A DNA stretch of 64,000 nt from the NCBI RefSeq assembly GCF_006345805.1, contig NC_043004.1:77624001-77688000 (forward strand), in the 5' to 3' direction. Positions within the stretch are counted from its first letter, which is position 1. Each line of letters begins with the position of its first letter. Both the position numbers and the translations under genes were made by a program. The notes under the pieces were generated by a model. That model made no database searches, was not told the origin of the DNA, and was given only the letters and a program-made list of their open reading frames with translations. Source of the DNA: Octopus sinensis. Its lineage: Eukaryota. Shown here piece after piece: positions 37,409-49,547 of this stretch.

Positions 37409-37499
37409 GTCTCTTACAGCTGTTTCTAGACTAGGCAAGCATGTGGATCATAGTATCAAGTAAGGATTCTACAAGCTGAGAATTCCGTCATCAGAGAGG
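37409..37499 (-). ncRNA. Type I hammerhead ribozyme-like motif (Penelope-type)
   Basis: Minus strand: ctct-CTGATGA-cgga...tcta-GAAAC-agct-GTA-agag. Stem I is ctct/agag and stem III is the palindrome acagctgt. Confidence 0.65.
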
Positions 37500-37734
37500 G
37501 ATAAGCCAGAGAGATGTAATAATGAGGGTATATTCCCAGTCAAGGATACCAGTAAATTCCAGTTTGTCAAAAATGGGGGAAGGATCAAAGTAAGATAGGT
37601 ATGTTACATACTTCCATGATCGAATAAATAATACAGTTATAGGTAATGTCCATTCGGAGTTTCAAATGATAATCCATGACAAGGAATGGTGGAAGTTACC
37701 AGTTCCAATTTTGAATATACTATGTATATATGTA

Positions 37735-38035
37735 TGGTGAAGACCTTTAGCTTAGTGGTTAAGGTATTCGGCTTATGATGGTAAGGCTGTGAGTTCAATT
37801 CCCAGTGATACATTGTGTCCTTGAACAAGACACTTTATTTCACATTGCTTCAATCCACTCAGCTGTCAAAAATAAACAGTACCTGTATTTCAAAGGACCG
37901 GCCTTGTCACATTCTGTGTCATATTAATTTCTCCCTGAGAACTACATTAAAGGTAGACATGTCTGTGGAGTACTCAGCCACTTGCATGTTAATTTCACGA
38001 GCAGGCTGTTCCATTGATCAGATAAACTGGAATTG
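37735..38035 (+). mobile_element. tRNA-derived SINE with V-like domain (family D)
   Basis: tagcttagtggttaag A box, gagttcaattccc B box, then tgtgtccttgaacaagacacttt...tccactcagctg. Confidence 0.75.
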
Positions 38036-38492
38036 ACAGAGTACCATATGTATGTGTGTTTGAGTGAGTTCCTTTTTTTCCCCTTGTTTTCACATATAAA
38101 CAAAAGCCTTACCATTCATACAGATGTTGGCATTTGCTTGCTGTACAATATGAAAGCATATCCACACTTCTTGCTACATTTTGACATGTTGCACACAAAT
38201 ACACAAAACCTTCACTGTTCTTACAAATGGTGTTGTTTGTTTGCAGTCCTCCACAAAAATATGTCTAAGCTGTTCATTTTTCAACAGACTGGGTACCTTA
38301 CTTAGGAACATGCAATTTAGTTTTCATACCATACTTCTAGCATATTGTTTAGCATATAACAGCTTTAAAAAAATCATTATGTGTCTTTACACAATTATTG
38401 AAAGAAATAATATTATTATAGGATGAAATATGTATTAGAATTGTAAAACTAACTTCTCATGTTATGATGCTTCATATTTTCATATTTTTCAG

Positions 38493-38903
38493 AGCGAGAC
38501 CTCAATTAAAACAATGCATGCATGTCTGGATATCCAGCTGATTATTGAATCTTGCCAGAGAGCTCTAGTTAGTATTCATAAGTCATTGCTAAGTGGCAAC
38601 AGAGAGGATATGCTGCAGAATAATTCCCAGGCGTTTTCTGTAGCCTTAAAATCTAAACCTCAAGTATTCCAACATGATGATGGATTTGTACAGTTCTGGG
38701 ATAAGTTAAATGAGCTTACCCCTGATTATTTAAGAACTTTATCATTAAATAATCAATCGTTGATGCCAACAGCAGATGGAAAACGGCGGAAAATGAGTTC
38801 CTCCCGAAGAGTGAATGCTAGAGAATATATTGGCAGTTTGTTTATTTCATGTTTGCGCAGAAGGCCAAGGATGGAATCCCGTAAAGACGTGAAATCTTTT
38901 TAA
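38493..38903 (+). CDS. Terminal exon 5 (SETSIKTMHACLDIQ...RRRPRMESRKDVKSF*)
   Basis: tttttcag| acceptor in phase 0, matching exon 4; 136 open codons then TAA. The summed CDS is 813 nt (270 aa plus stop). Confidence 0.85.
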   Translation, partial: SETSIKTMHACLDIQLIIESCQRALVSIHKSLLSGNREDMLQNNSQAFSVALKSKPQVFQHDDGFVQFWDKLNELTPDYLRTLSLNNQSLMPTADGKRRKMSSSRRVNAREYIGSLFISCLRRRPRMESRKDVKSF

Positions 38904-39855
38904 AATATCCTGTACCATTACTGTTATAATCTCTTTGAAATGATATTCATTAATATCAAATTAGCTCCTAAAACATTTTCATAACAATTATCAATGTTGG
39001 TTGTTCTCATTTTGTGCCAAATTCTAGCAAATAGTGTGACTAACAAATTGGGTGTAAACATGTCTTGTAGTCGGGTTGAAAGAATGAACAAATCATTGTG
39101 AATAATTATCTCCTGTAAGTTCATTTAAAAAAATATTGTTGGTTAATTAAGTAAAACTGTTTTAAAAGAAAGATACTCTTATATATATATATATATATGT
39201 GAAATTGTTTCAATATTGTTTTAAATATTGGTCTGCAAATTTGAAATATTATGGTTTAATACTTCTTTCTTTTAAATTACCAGTGAGCTGTTTTTTTATT
39301 TTATTTTATTTTATTTTATTTTTTTTTTACATGGAGATTAATTATTACTGTTAATTATAAAAATAGCACAGTGATGATGGCTGGTATAATCACATGAGAT
39401 ACTTTGCTATAACTATTTCTGTACTTCACTGTGCTAGGCTGAAATTCTGCCAAAGTCCACTTTTGCCATTTATCAATTCAAGGTTAATATAAAACCAAAT
39501 TATGACTCTCGTAGACTACTGGTTTGAGGAGTAGGGGAAGGTTTGTGACCCTAAAGATTTTATTTGTGTAGTATATATTAAGTAAATCAGCCTAGTAGAA
39601 TCCATTTTGTCTAATGTATCCCTATGCTGAAATTTGAACTCAACAGTGGAAGCATGTCGATTATACAGTGCTCTCCTTGATTTTAGTAGTGTATTGGACC
39701 AATTCTTTAATATATCAACTCTCAACCTTTGAACTTTGGGCTAACACTTCATTGACTCACCTAACTGCAGCTCTACTCAAACTAAATACTAGTCATATAC
39801 TACTGTTGATTCAGTAAGCTAAATACATACTGTTCTTCCATTTAAAAGAAATTAA

Positions 39856-40075
39856 CCCTTTAGCGTTCAAATTAATATGTCAGAAGTAATCCTTATTCAT
39901 TTACATTAAAAAAAATTAATCTGGTATTGTCTTGTAGCTTCAAGATTTGAAACATGTAATTGTTTATTTTTAGAATGACATTGCAGGGTGGGTGTGAGAT
40001 ACTGGTTCTGGCCAGTTTGAGCATAAAATGAGTAGAATATTTGGGCCGGATATAGCCGGTTTAAACACTAAAGGG
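39856..40075. mobile_element. piggyBac-type MITE
   Basis: TTAA|ccctttagcgttcaaa ... tttaaacactaaaggg|TTAA. Confidence 0.88.
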
Positions 40076-40420
40076 TTAAAGTTGTAATTAATTTCTGCCA
40101 ACTTACATTGAAAGTAATTAATTAAAATACAATATTTCATTTAATTTATTCATTTTACAAAGAACTAATCAATCATACACTGTAACTAATACATTACGTA
40201 TGTGACACTGTACTATGTTACACTCTACTAAGACAGATATGTTACACACTATAGAATTTACAATAGAATCTGCCTACTATTGCAATCAGATAACCATTAT
40301 ACAATTAAATGTTTTTAAAACGTGCTTTAGACATTTTGAAATCCCCAACAAAATAATGAACTTATTAAACATACTTTACTTAATACAGTTCTATATTTAA
40401 GAGATGAGGAATTATGTACA

Positions 40421-40575
40421 TTATTTACGTTATTTACAATTGAAGGATATTTGTCCTCATCTTGTTTGTTGTTAACAACGTTTTGGCTGATATACTCTCC
40501 AGCCTTCATCAGGTGTCTTGGGGAAATTTCAAACCTGGGTTCTCATTTCTAAGGTATTTTTCGATGTTGTTATTA

Positions 40576-40617
<42 letters not shown>

Positions 40618-40786
40618 TTACTGCCTGAAATTGAACTTGGAATCTTGGGGTTAGTAGCCCGTGCTCTTAACCACTACACCATATGCTCGTGGGCCCATGG
40701 ACATATGGCATAGCGGTTAAGAGCGTGGGCTACTAACCCCAAGATTCCGAGTGTGATTCCAGACAGTGACCTGAATAATAATGATG

Positions 40787-40829
<43 letters not shown>

Positions 40830-40983
40830 TAACAACATTGAAAAATGCCTTAGGAATGAGAACCCAGGTTCGAAATTTCCCCAAGACACCTGAAGAAGGC
40901 TGGAGGATATATCAGCTGAAATGTTGTGTTAACAACAAACAAGACGAGGACAAATATCTGTCAAATGTAAATAACGTAAATAA
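40421..40983. mobile_element. Head-to-head palindrome of a tRNA-headed element with (AAT)n tract and minimal hammerhead
   Basis: Centre gggccc at 40691-40696. Each ~280-bp arm has Pol III A/B boxes, (aat)n and gacac-CTGA(T/A)GA-aggctg...cagc(c/t)-(G/A)AAA-(c/t)gtt. Confidence 0.9.
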
Positions 40984-41973
40984 CACTTTACTTACTTGCA
41001 CACATGTGCAAGTATGTCTGTATATAAGAGCAACACAATTTGTCAGCATATCTGCAATGACTACAGAAACCTTTATGATTTACTAAAGAAAACTACAAAA
41101 AACAATTAGAATCCTAAATAAGGCAACTAGCAGAAGATATTTCCAGAATATGGGTCTCAAGTACTTGAAAAGTTAGTGGCAAAAACTAAAGCAGGATCAC
41201 ATGGAGTAGAAATTATAACTGAAAATAGCTAAAAGATTTAGAAATTAGAAATAAACGACCAAACAATACAGTGTATGGTGTTTGACTTGGGAATTCAATA
41301 TCCATGTCTCATTGCTATGTTTTATCACACTTTTTGCACTTACTTCAAAGAGTCTACTTTTTATAAAGAAAACGAAATCCTTTTTACCAGAAGAGTTAAC
41401 AGTTCCCTTTCTTCCACCTCTTTATATTTTTACTTCAACTAAACCAAATGATAAGCACTGCAAATCAAAGGGAGATGAATGTATGAATGAAATGACCAGA
41501 CTAACGAAACAAAACATTTTGTAATGTTATTATTCTTGAAATAGGAGTGATAGTTATTTATTTTACAAAAAGGACAGATGAAATTAACTCCTGAAATTCA
41601 AGTTATCTAAAGATGTAAATAACATTCCAAAGTTTACAGCAGAAGAAACTCTGCATTATATTACTGTTTTTATAATGAGTTATAATAGAAATATACTTAC
41701 TCTCTACAAATGATGTCTTCAGGGATAAAAACTGGAGATTATGATGAATGAAACAGCAATCTTTAAAAAATATCTAATGTTTTCAAACTGAATTATTATT
41801 GTTATTTTGTTACAAAAAGCTTTATGAAACTATTGTTTTTCATTGTTTGCATTCTGTAATTTTCTTCGAATAAAATTTTGTGAGATGTTTGTTAAATATA
41901 AAAAGAAACAATAAAAGTAAGCAAGCATAGTTTGCCTCACTGGAAGTCTCAAGTATTATTATATCATTAGTCT

Positions 41974-42402
41974 TGTTGTCGATGCATGTTTCCATTCAGA
42001 CTTTAGACCAGCAAGTTGTTAAGGTGAGACAGTGTCACGTGACAACTTGCTGGGGCTGCCTGCTGGAGCCTCACGGCAGGTATTTAAAGGGAAAAATTTG
42101 ACAAGTCAGTCAGTTACTGGCTGACACTTGCTGACGATACATCGAAGAGGCCAGGGAACAGAAGAAAGAAGAAGAAAGAAGACATGCACCCAACACCGGA
42201 GCTGAAGACACCTCCGAAAGGGGGTGGGGCCCGCCACGTCAAAACGGAAGAGGATTAGGGGCCAAAACTGGACGTGGTTCCTCCTGATGATGTCTTGAGC
42301 TAACTGGATCCTATAAAGGAGCTGTTGTGGTGGCAGACCACAAAACACGGTTGTAATTCCTCTACATTCAAGAAACAAAAATGGTATATTCATGACAATA
42401 AC
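41974..42402 (+). mobile_element. GC-richer LTR-like or pseudo-LTR-like island
   Basis: tgttgtc...gacaataaca ends, TATA-like tatttaaa, structured hairpins and two CTGAnGA motifs. No clear TSD. Confidence 0.4.
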
Positions 42403-43024
42403 ATTACTTTCCTAATGAATACAGGAGTTTTCCAGTAATTTACAAGAACAGTCTGCCATTTGTTGTAATCTTGGTTAATAATATATATGAAGTACTACTA
42501 TTAAAAATACAGTTTGTAATAAACTTAAGGCTGTGATTCTACATGAAGAGAAATAAAATGTGATATCTGTTTTTCCCAAATGAACAACTAAAGTAAAATG
42601 TTCCACCTGGAATCTGAGCTTCATCGTCTTAATTACCTAGAATCTTACATTTATTGCTTCAAATGAAAAGAATTAATTCTAAATGCAGAAGAAATCGAGG
42701 AAAATACACAGAGGGAAGACATAGAGTAAATTTTGAATGGAGTTGGAATTACATTCTTTACAAAAGAATTTAAGAGTTTGAAAAAGTTCTAAAAGGTCAC
42801 TGCTTCTATCCAGTCGTTTTTGTTACTCTATATTATAATTCTCTCATAAAATGGTTGTATAGATTATTCCATTTTTTGGTTCTGTCACTGTTCACAATGT
42901 CGTCAACCACCAAATCACAAAATATCTGTCCATTAGATAGAGTTTTTTTCTATATTTGAATACTAAATTGAGGAACAACTTGTTCCTGAATCCTTTGACC
43001 AAGGTTAATTGCCCAAACATTTCA

Positions 43025-43615
43025 AAGGTTACTACTCCCAACTATGGTCACCATACCATGTTAAATTAACAGTGGAACTTGAAGCAATCCAACGAAGCTA
43101 CATGAAGATCATCTCAATGCAACATATCAGCTACTTGGAGAGGCTGAAAAAGTTAAAACTCTACTCTCTAGAACAAAGTCATGCAGTAATATAAATATAT
43201 GGAAAATTGTAGAAACTTGTACCAAACTTTAGCATTGTCAGTTACACAAACAGCAGAATGGAGCACCATTGCATAGTACCAAAAACCCTAACACTGCCAC
43301 CAGGATACATGACAAGACACTGCAACAGTTTGGGTTTCAAGGCCCCACAGCTCTTCAATATTTTCCTAAAATGCCTAGAGACCTACATAGCATGGATGTA
43401 GGTGTCTTCAAAGCATAATTGAATCTCCTCCTGTCAAGAGTTCTGGATGAACCTACATTACTGCAGAAATCACAAATTAGAACAGTAACATCAAACTCCC
43501 TCATTCACTAAATGCCACACGTCAGACGATATTTCAAGTAGCGGAAGAGTGTAGCAAAGCTAATGGCAGTGCCCCACCATGGCTGCATCACTCAACCTAA
43601 ACTAATGAAAGAAAA
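43025..43615 (+). mobile_element. CR1/L2-group LINE 3' end
   Basis: YYSQLWSPY...LEAIQRSY...SYLERLKKLKLYSLE, then GPQLFNIFPKCL and RVLDEP. The tail is ggcagtgccccaccatggctgca. Confidence 0.85.
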
Positions 43616-43642
43616 AAAGCAAAAAATATATGTATATATATT

Positions 43643-43697
<55 letters not shown>

Positions 43698-43740
43698 AAT
43701 TTATGTATATATATATATATATGTACATATATATATATAT

Positions 43741-44580
43741 ACAAGCAGTATTGCCCGGCTCGTGCACTCGTGCGTTCTATGCACGCGTGAATTAAGCTAA
43801 ACTTGGATGAAGTTCAATCAAAATTCAATTAGTTTGGTTTTAAAATCAAGCATTTAATGCCCTCTATTTTTGCGCTTATGTGTTCCATTTCCTCAAAAGG
43901 AAGTATGTAGAAGCGTTTCATAAATTTTTGTTGATCAAATAATTGCATTGTTGAATTATTCTTTTAGATCAGTATTTTTCAACGGGGATTTCAGGGGAGA
44001 GTTTCAGGGAGTCGCTGGCGATGTATCGTGATGATCAAAAATCCGGCCTGCTAAAATTTGGTTAAAGTGATTCAAACTGCAGACTCAACGCAAAATGGTC
44101 ACATTTAATTCAAAGTGTTAAAAATGTTATGAAAACAATTGGTATGTGTTCACAAAGTCCAAACGATTAATACGAAAAAACCCTCCAGGCTACATCCCGA
44201 AAATTAATTTCTTTGCCGAATTTCTACAATGTTTACGGCGATTCGTTTTTATATCTTGATTTTTTATTTTCCATGCAATTTACGCATGCTTGCACGCGTG
44301 ATGAACACAGTTCACGTCAAACAGCTGACTGAGTAAAGTTCACTATTCAATGCATGGGATAAGGCCTAAACAAACACATTATCGATTTTTGCACTTGCAA
44401 GATGAATTTCGGAACAGAAATAGCGCAATTCAATTTTCATTCGCCTAAACTTTAAGTGACCCATTTTTGGTGGTTCTACGATTTGTTGGCTAGGAGGAGA
44501 TGTGCCGGGAAGTTAAACACACAGACACACACACAAGATACACACACAGACACAAAAGTTGAGTTTTATATATATAGATA
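43741..44580 (-). mobile_element. Non-autonomous Helitron-like element (second family)
   Basis: On the minus strand it starts TCTATATATATAAAACTCAACTTTTGTGTCTG and ends ...gccgggcaatactgcttgt (CTAGT-like), inside a (TA)n tract. Confidence 0.7.
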
Positions 44581-44597
44581 TGTTTGTGTGTGTGTTG

Positions 44598-44812
44598 GGG
44601 GAGCACAATGGTGAAAACACCTAAAGCTCCACGAGGCTCCGGCAGGGGATGGTAGTGATCCCTGCTGTACTCTTTTGCCACAACTTTCACTCTTTCTTGT
44701 GTTGGCCTGCTCGCTTAGCCAGCGAGGTGGTGTCATTTGAAGGCTAAAGCAATGCGAAGCGCATTGTGACCAGCGATGTGTAGCAACATCTGATAGCCTG
44801 GTCACTCACGGC
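44598..44812 (+). mobile_element. SINE-like repeat fragment
   Basis: GC-rich block (gaagcgcattgtgaccagcgatgtg...) between microsatellites; family not confirmed within the window. Confidence 0.45.
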
Positions 44813-44813
44813 G

Positions 44814-44867
<54 letters not shown>

Positions 44868-45479
44868 TTATATATGTACACATACAAGCACATGCACACA
44901 CATATACATACTCTCGGGCCCCAAATAATAGGGAGGTTGGAATAAGCGGGGGGAGGGTGGTAAATCGGTAATTATATAGCAGTAACTATAAAATTTTAAA
45001 ATTTTCTAGATTGTCTGCCTTAATATTTTTTAAAACCAGTTATTTACTCTTAGGTCCCTAATAATAGGGGAGAGGGGTGCTGGAATAAACGGGTGGGTTG
45101 GATATTTGCTTAAATTCATATAAGCAGATGGGTTAGAAGAAAGTGGGGTGGCTGGGAATCAGTAACTGTATAGTGTATGTACGAAAATTAGGGAAAAAAA
45201 ATCTTAAAGCAGGCGGAAGTAAAAAATATGCACAGCACCTGTTTTCAGCGTAACCCTAATCCTGAACACCTTTGCCCCTACAGCACATATAACGATACAA
45301 TGAGTTAAAAGAGATTAATAAGAAGCAAGTGAAATTAGCATATACGGGTGCTTCAAACATTCAATTTAAGGTATACATTTGGATAATAAAAATAACATAT
45401 TGGTAATTATGGAATTTTTTTTTAAATGTTGTGTGCTAAGCAGATATTGATACAAGCTTACATCGACATTAATGAAGAA

Positions 45480-46301
45480 GATATACTACTAGCCATAGAT
45501 GAGGTGGACACAAATTGAACTGGTGGTCCTGATGGTTTCCCAGCAATCCTCCTCAAATTGTGTAAGTGTGCCCTAGCGAAACCACTACAGATTCTCTTCT
45601 AGAGCTTCCTTGCAAATGGTAGACTGCCAAGCAAACTGAAGGAGAGAATAATATACCCAATCCATAAAGGGGGAAGCAGAGCAGGTGCCACAAACTTTAG
45701 GCCTATCTCTCTTATTTCACACATCAGCAAAGTCATGGAACGGATAGTCAGAGGGAAACTAATCGCATTCCTTGAAGAAAACAACTTGCTGATTGATACC
45801 CAGCATGGCTTTTGACCGGGTAGGAGCTGCCTGACCCAGCTCTTACAGCACTATGACTGGGTGTTGAGGCAATTACTCAACAACTCAAATGTGGACGTAG
45901 TATACCTTGACTTTGCAAAAGCTTTTGACAAGGTGGATCATGGTATGATATGCCACAAACTGCATGATTTTAGCATAGCTGGAAAACTTGGAGAGTGGTC
46001 AAATGATTTCCTGAAAGATAAGAGTCAGGCAGTAGTGATCAATAGAGTCACCTCAAAGAAAACACAAATATTGAGCGGTGTTCCACTGGGCACTGTCTTG
46101 GAACCACTGCTTTTCATAGTGGCCCTCTCAGATATGCTCTCAGCTGTCTGGATAGCCATTTTTCCTAGCTATGCAGAAAATATGAAAGTCTCGCAGAAAA
46201 TACAGAACCCTAGTGATGTTGCACACCTGCTGCAGGAGTTGAACTCAATTTACAGATGGGCCGAGGACAATAATATGCAGTTTAATGCTGAAAAATTCTA
46301 A
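45480..46301 (+). mobile_element. CR1/L2-group LINE reverse transcriptase fragment
   Basis: GPDGFPAILLK, PIHKGG, NFRPISLISHISKVMERIV, QHGF, VVYLDFAKAFDKVDH, SGVPLGTVLEPLLF, YAEN (decayed YADD), WAEDNNMQFNAEK. Confidence 0.93.
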
Positions 46302-47845
46302 GTTCTCTTGTCATTGCCTCTGTGTGTCCCAACGTTCGAAGGTCATGCTTCACCACCTCATCCCATGTCTTCCTGGGTATCTGTCTTCCATGGGTTCCTT
46401 CCACTGTTAGAGAGTGACACTTCTTCACTCAGCTCTCCTCATCCATAAGCATCCCTGTACAGGGCTTGTACAGCTCTTACCAACCACTCATCTATTCCCA
46501 GTTTCTGCATTGACCACCAGATAAGGGATCGAGGGACTCTGTCAAAGGCTTTCCCCAAGTCAACAAAAGCCAAGTACAGAGGTTTAACTTTGGCTAGATA
46601 TTTCTCCTGCAGGTGCCTCACCAGAAACATAGCATCAGTGGTGCTTCTGCTTGGAACAAAACCAAACTGTATCTCATACGGATACATTTCTCTCCTATGA
46701 CATCACACACTGTCTTGCAATTTGAAATACTTCAGTTCTTTGGTCTTCATGTTGCTGAACATTGCCAAACTTCTTTCCTGCTCTCCCTTGGCTACATACA
46801 CCTGTCTCTTAGCTTCCCTGTTGGCCATCTCATACATTCTCCTGCTATCCCCACTCTTCCAGGCATTTCAAGCCTGTTTCTTTGCTCTAATGGCCCTGTC
46901 TACAGTATTGTTCCACCACCATGTTACACTAGGTCTGGAAAGGACTTTGCACCAGCCACAGATTTGGTTTGTGGAACTCAGCAAGCTATTTTACAGGAAT
47001 TCCCAGCTGCCTTCTATGTCACAGGACTGTAGTTCCTCCTCCCTATCATCAAATTTCTTGGTAAGGATATTCCTAAATCTCTGACCATGTGAAGGATTCT
47101 TTAGCTTCCAAATCCTTCTTTTCCAGATTGGTCTGCTTTTTGGCATCCTTCTGGCCTTGAGTCTAAAGTCACTAATAACTAGTCTATGCTGGTGGGTACT
47201 TTCTTTACTAGGGAGGGTCTTTGTGTTTAAGAGCAACTATGCATGCCACTGTCTGGTGAGAATGAAATCGATCTGGCTAGCAGAGTCACCTGATTGATAG
47301 GTTATCAGGTGGCTAGCTGGCTCCCTGAAGTTGGTGTTGCAGATCAATAGGTTATTTATATCACAGAACTTCAGGAGCCTAGTTCCTTCTTCATTTCATG
47401 TACATGGACCTCATGTACATCATGGAAGATACCAGGTTACTGTCCAACACACCCATTAAAATCTCCAGCCACAAAGATGAAATCATTATCATTGTCACTC
47501 GTCTTTGAGGTAGCCTGCAGAAGAATATCATAAAAGCGATCCTTCTGTTCATTTGGTAGGCCTGCTTGTGAGGCATAGGCAGAGATAATTGTAGCTATAC
47601 AAGTCTGCAAGACTAGCCTGAGTTTAAGTACTCTATTGCACACTCTCACTACCTCTATGACCTTATCCACCCATTTCTCTGCAAGAAGTATGCCCACACC
47701 CCCTATTGCATCACTATTACCTTCACAGAAGTGTTTATACCTATGTGCTTTGCCTGTGAGGACTCTGGCTGAAGTTCCTCTCCACCTTACCTCTTGTATG
47801 CAACATACATCAACATGTCTCCGTTGAAGCATCTCTACAATCAGC
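46302..47845 (-). mobile_element. Internally deleted RTE LINE (APE endonuclease, RT start, C-terminus)
   Basis: VDVCCIQEVRW, GVGIL, IISAYA, VAGDFNG, QIDFIL, QHRLVISD, QFGFVPSRSTTDAMFLVRHLQEKY...FVDLGKAFDRVPR, then PRKTWDEVVKHDL. Confidence 0.93.
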
Positions 47846-47989
47846 CTGTGGGAATGAAGTTGTTGAGGCATAACTGCTGCCTTGAATCGATGTCTTGTCA
47901 TCATTCTCAGTTGAATGAGAAGATGCAATGGTAACGGCGTTTCTTTTTTGTCAGTTTAAGTGATTCTTATTTGTGGGTATGGCAGTCGT

Positions 47990-48549
47990 ATCATTTGTGC
48001 GATCTGCATGCTGTTACTATCTACGATGTTCAAGTCAAACCTTCAATGGGTATGTTTTGATTTTATAGATTTTTTTAGTTATACGTGATGTAAAATAGTC
48101 GATTTTATTCATTTTACAGGTACAACCACGATTCGTGTTGCCCACCCGTTAGGCTTCAAAATAACATTTTTGGGGATTTTTGTAACCACAAACTGTTCTT
48201 ACTAACGTTTTGGATTTTCCTGTACTTTTTCTTAATGAACACTGTTGCAGTGTTAACTTCTTAATAGATTTTCAGTGCAGTTCGAAACTTGAGCTTCATT
48301 TTGCTTTAAATCTACGGGTAATTTTTTTTCTCCATAATGTTAATAGAAGGAATATTAACCAACAATACCAACAATGGAAGTCGGCATTACACATTTGCAG
48401 CACATTCAGAGAAAACTCGAGCATCGCCACACTACACTTTTATTCATAGATTGAAACTATGTCAAAACTTTGTTAATGCGACATCAAAGTCTGCCGTTTT
48501 AAGCGCAATTAAAAAACAAACCCGAACAATGCCAGGCTATACTGCTAGT
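47990..48549 (+). mobile_element. Helitron-like 3' end
   Basis: cccgaacaatgccagg hairpin remnant followed by actgCTAGT and (TA)n. The 5' boundary is uncertain. Confidence 0.5.
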
Positions 48550-48560
48550 ATATATATATA

Positions 48561-48611
<51 letters not shown>

Positions 48612-49547
48612 ACACTGATAGAATAAATACTAAGCTTACAAAGAATAAATCCCGTGGTCAAATTTTTCGTCCAAAGGCCGTGCTCTGGCATGGTCGCAGT
48701 CACATGGCTGAAACAAGTAAAACAATAAAAAAAAACTATGCCATTTTAATCCTGAGCAAGACCGGGTATCTCTGCTAGTACACAATAAAACATAGCTCCC
48801 TGTAAAGAGGTATAAATGATAGACTCGTGATGTTTCCGTCACTATCCTTCTGCAGGTTTCTCGGTTTCGATATTCGATTCTTTACGGATCGCCAAGCTTC
48901 ACTGACAGTTGACATGAGTTTGACAAAAGTGTAAAAGTCTCGTTTTCATCCAACACTTTCTGTATATTTTCAAGGAACAGGGCATCTTTATTAGCCTGAT
49001 CGTCACTGCTGATTCCTACAAGAGAGATAGAGCTTCCCGTCATCATATTTGGCCGACCATGCTTTGGCTCCTGCAAAACCTCCATAGGGATTTCTCCAGA
49101 TGGGTTCAATCACCTCCAAAAGATAACCCAGATGGCTCACTTTCGGCAGCTTTTTCCTCAATGCCGTCACTGTCAAATCCTGCCATATTGTTTGCAGGCT
49201 TGACCCCTTTTGGTGGAATTAAGTTCTTAATGACTCTCTGAATAGTATTTGGGCAGAGTTTTGACATTATCTCAAGATGAAACTCTCGCATCGATGAACC
49301 AACGAGGTGCATGATTCATTCAGTCACCTTATAATCGTCAGAGCCATCGAAGGCGTTTGTGGTCCACATTGACTTGAAAGCAGTTTGGACATTAATCTTG
49401 CAATTTGCATGTGCTTGATGTAGCATCTGCATAATCTCAGATCGATTGGGCGTGACTGTTTTATTCAGAGTTTGAACTAACTTTTCTAGCATCTTTGCTT
49501 TCTCTTTTTCACGATACTTTGCTTTCAGTTGTTTGTGCAAGTATATA

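Noticed and set aside
40697-40775. Functional tRNA gene
   Set aside because: No proper acceptor stem, a degenerate T arm, and embedded in a repeat; treated as a SINE head.
40462-41086. Poly-Leu / poly-Ile membrane-like ORFs
   Set aside because: Products of (TTA)n/(AAT)n tracts in the palindrome.
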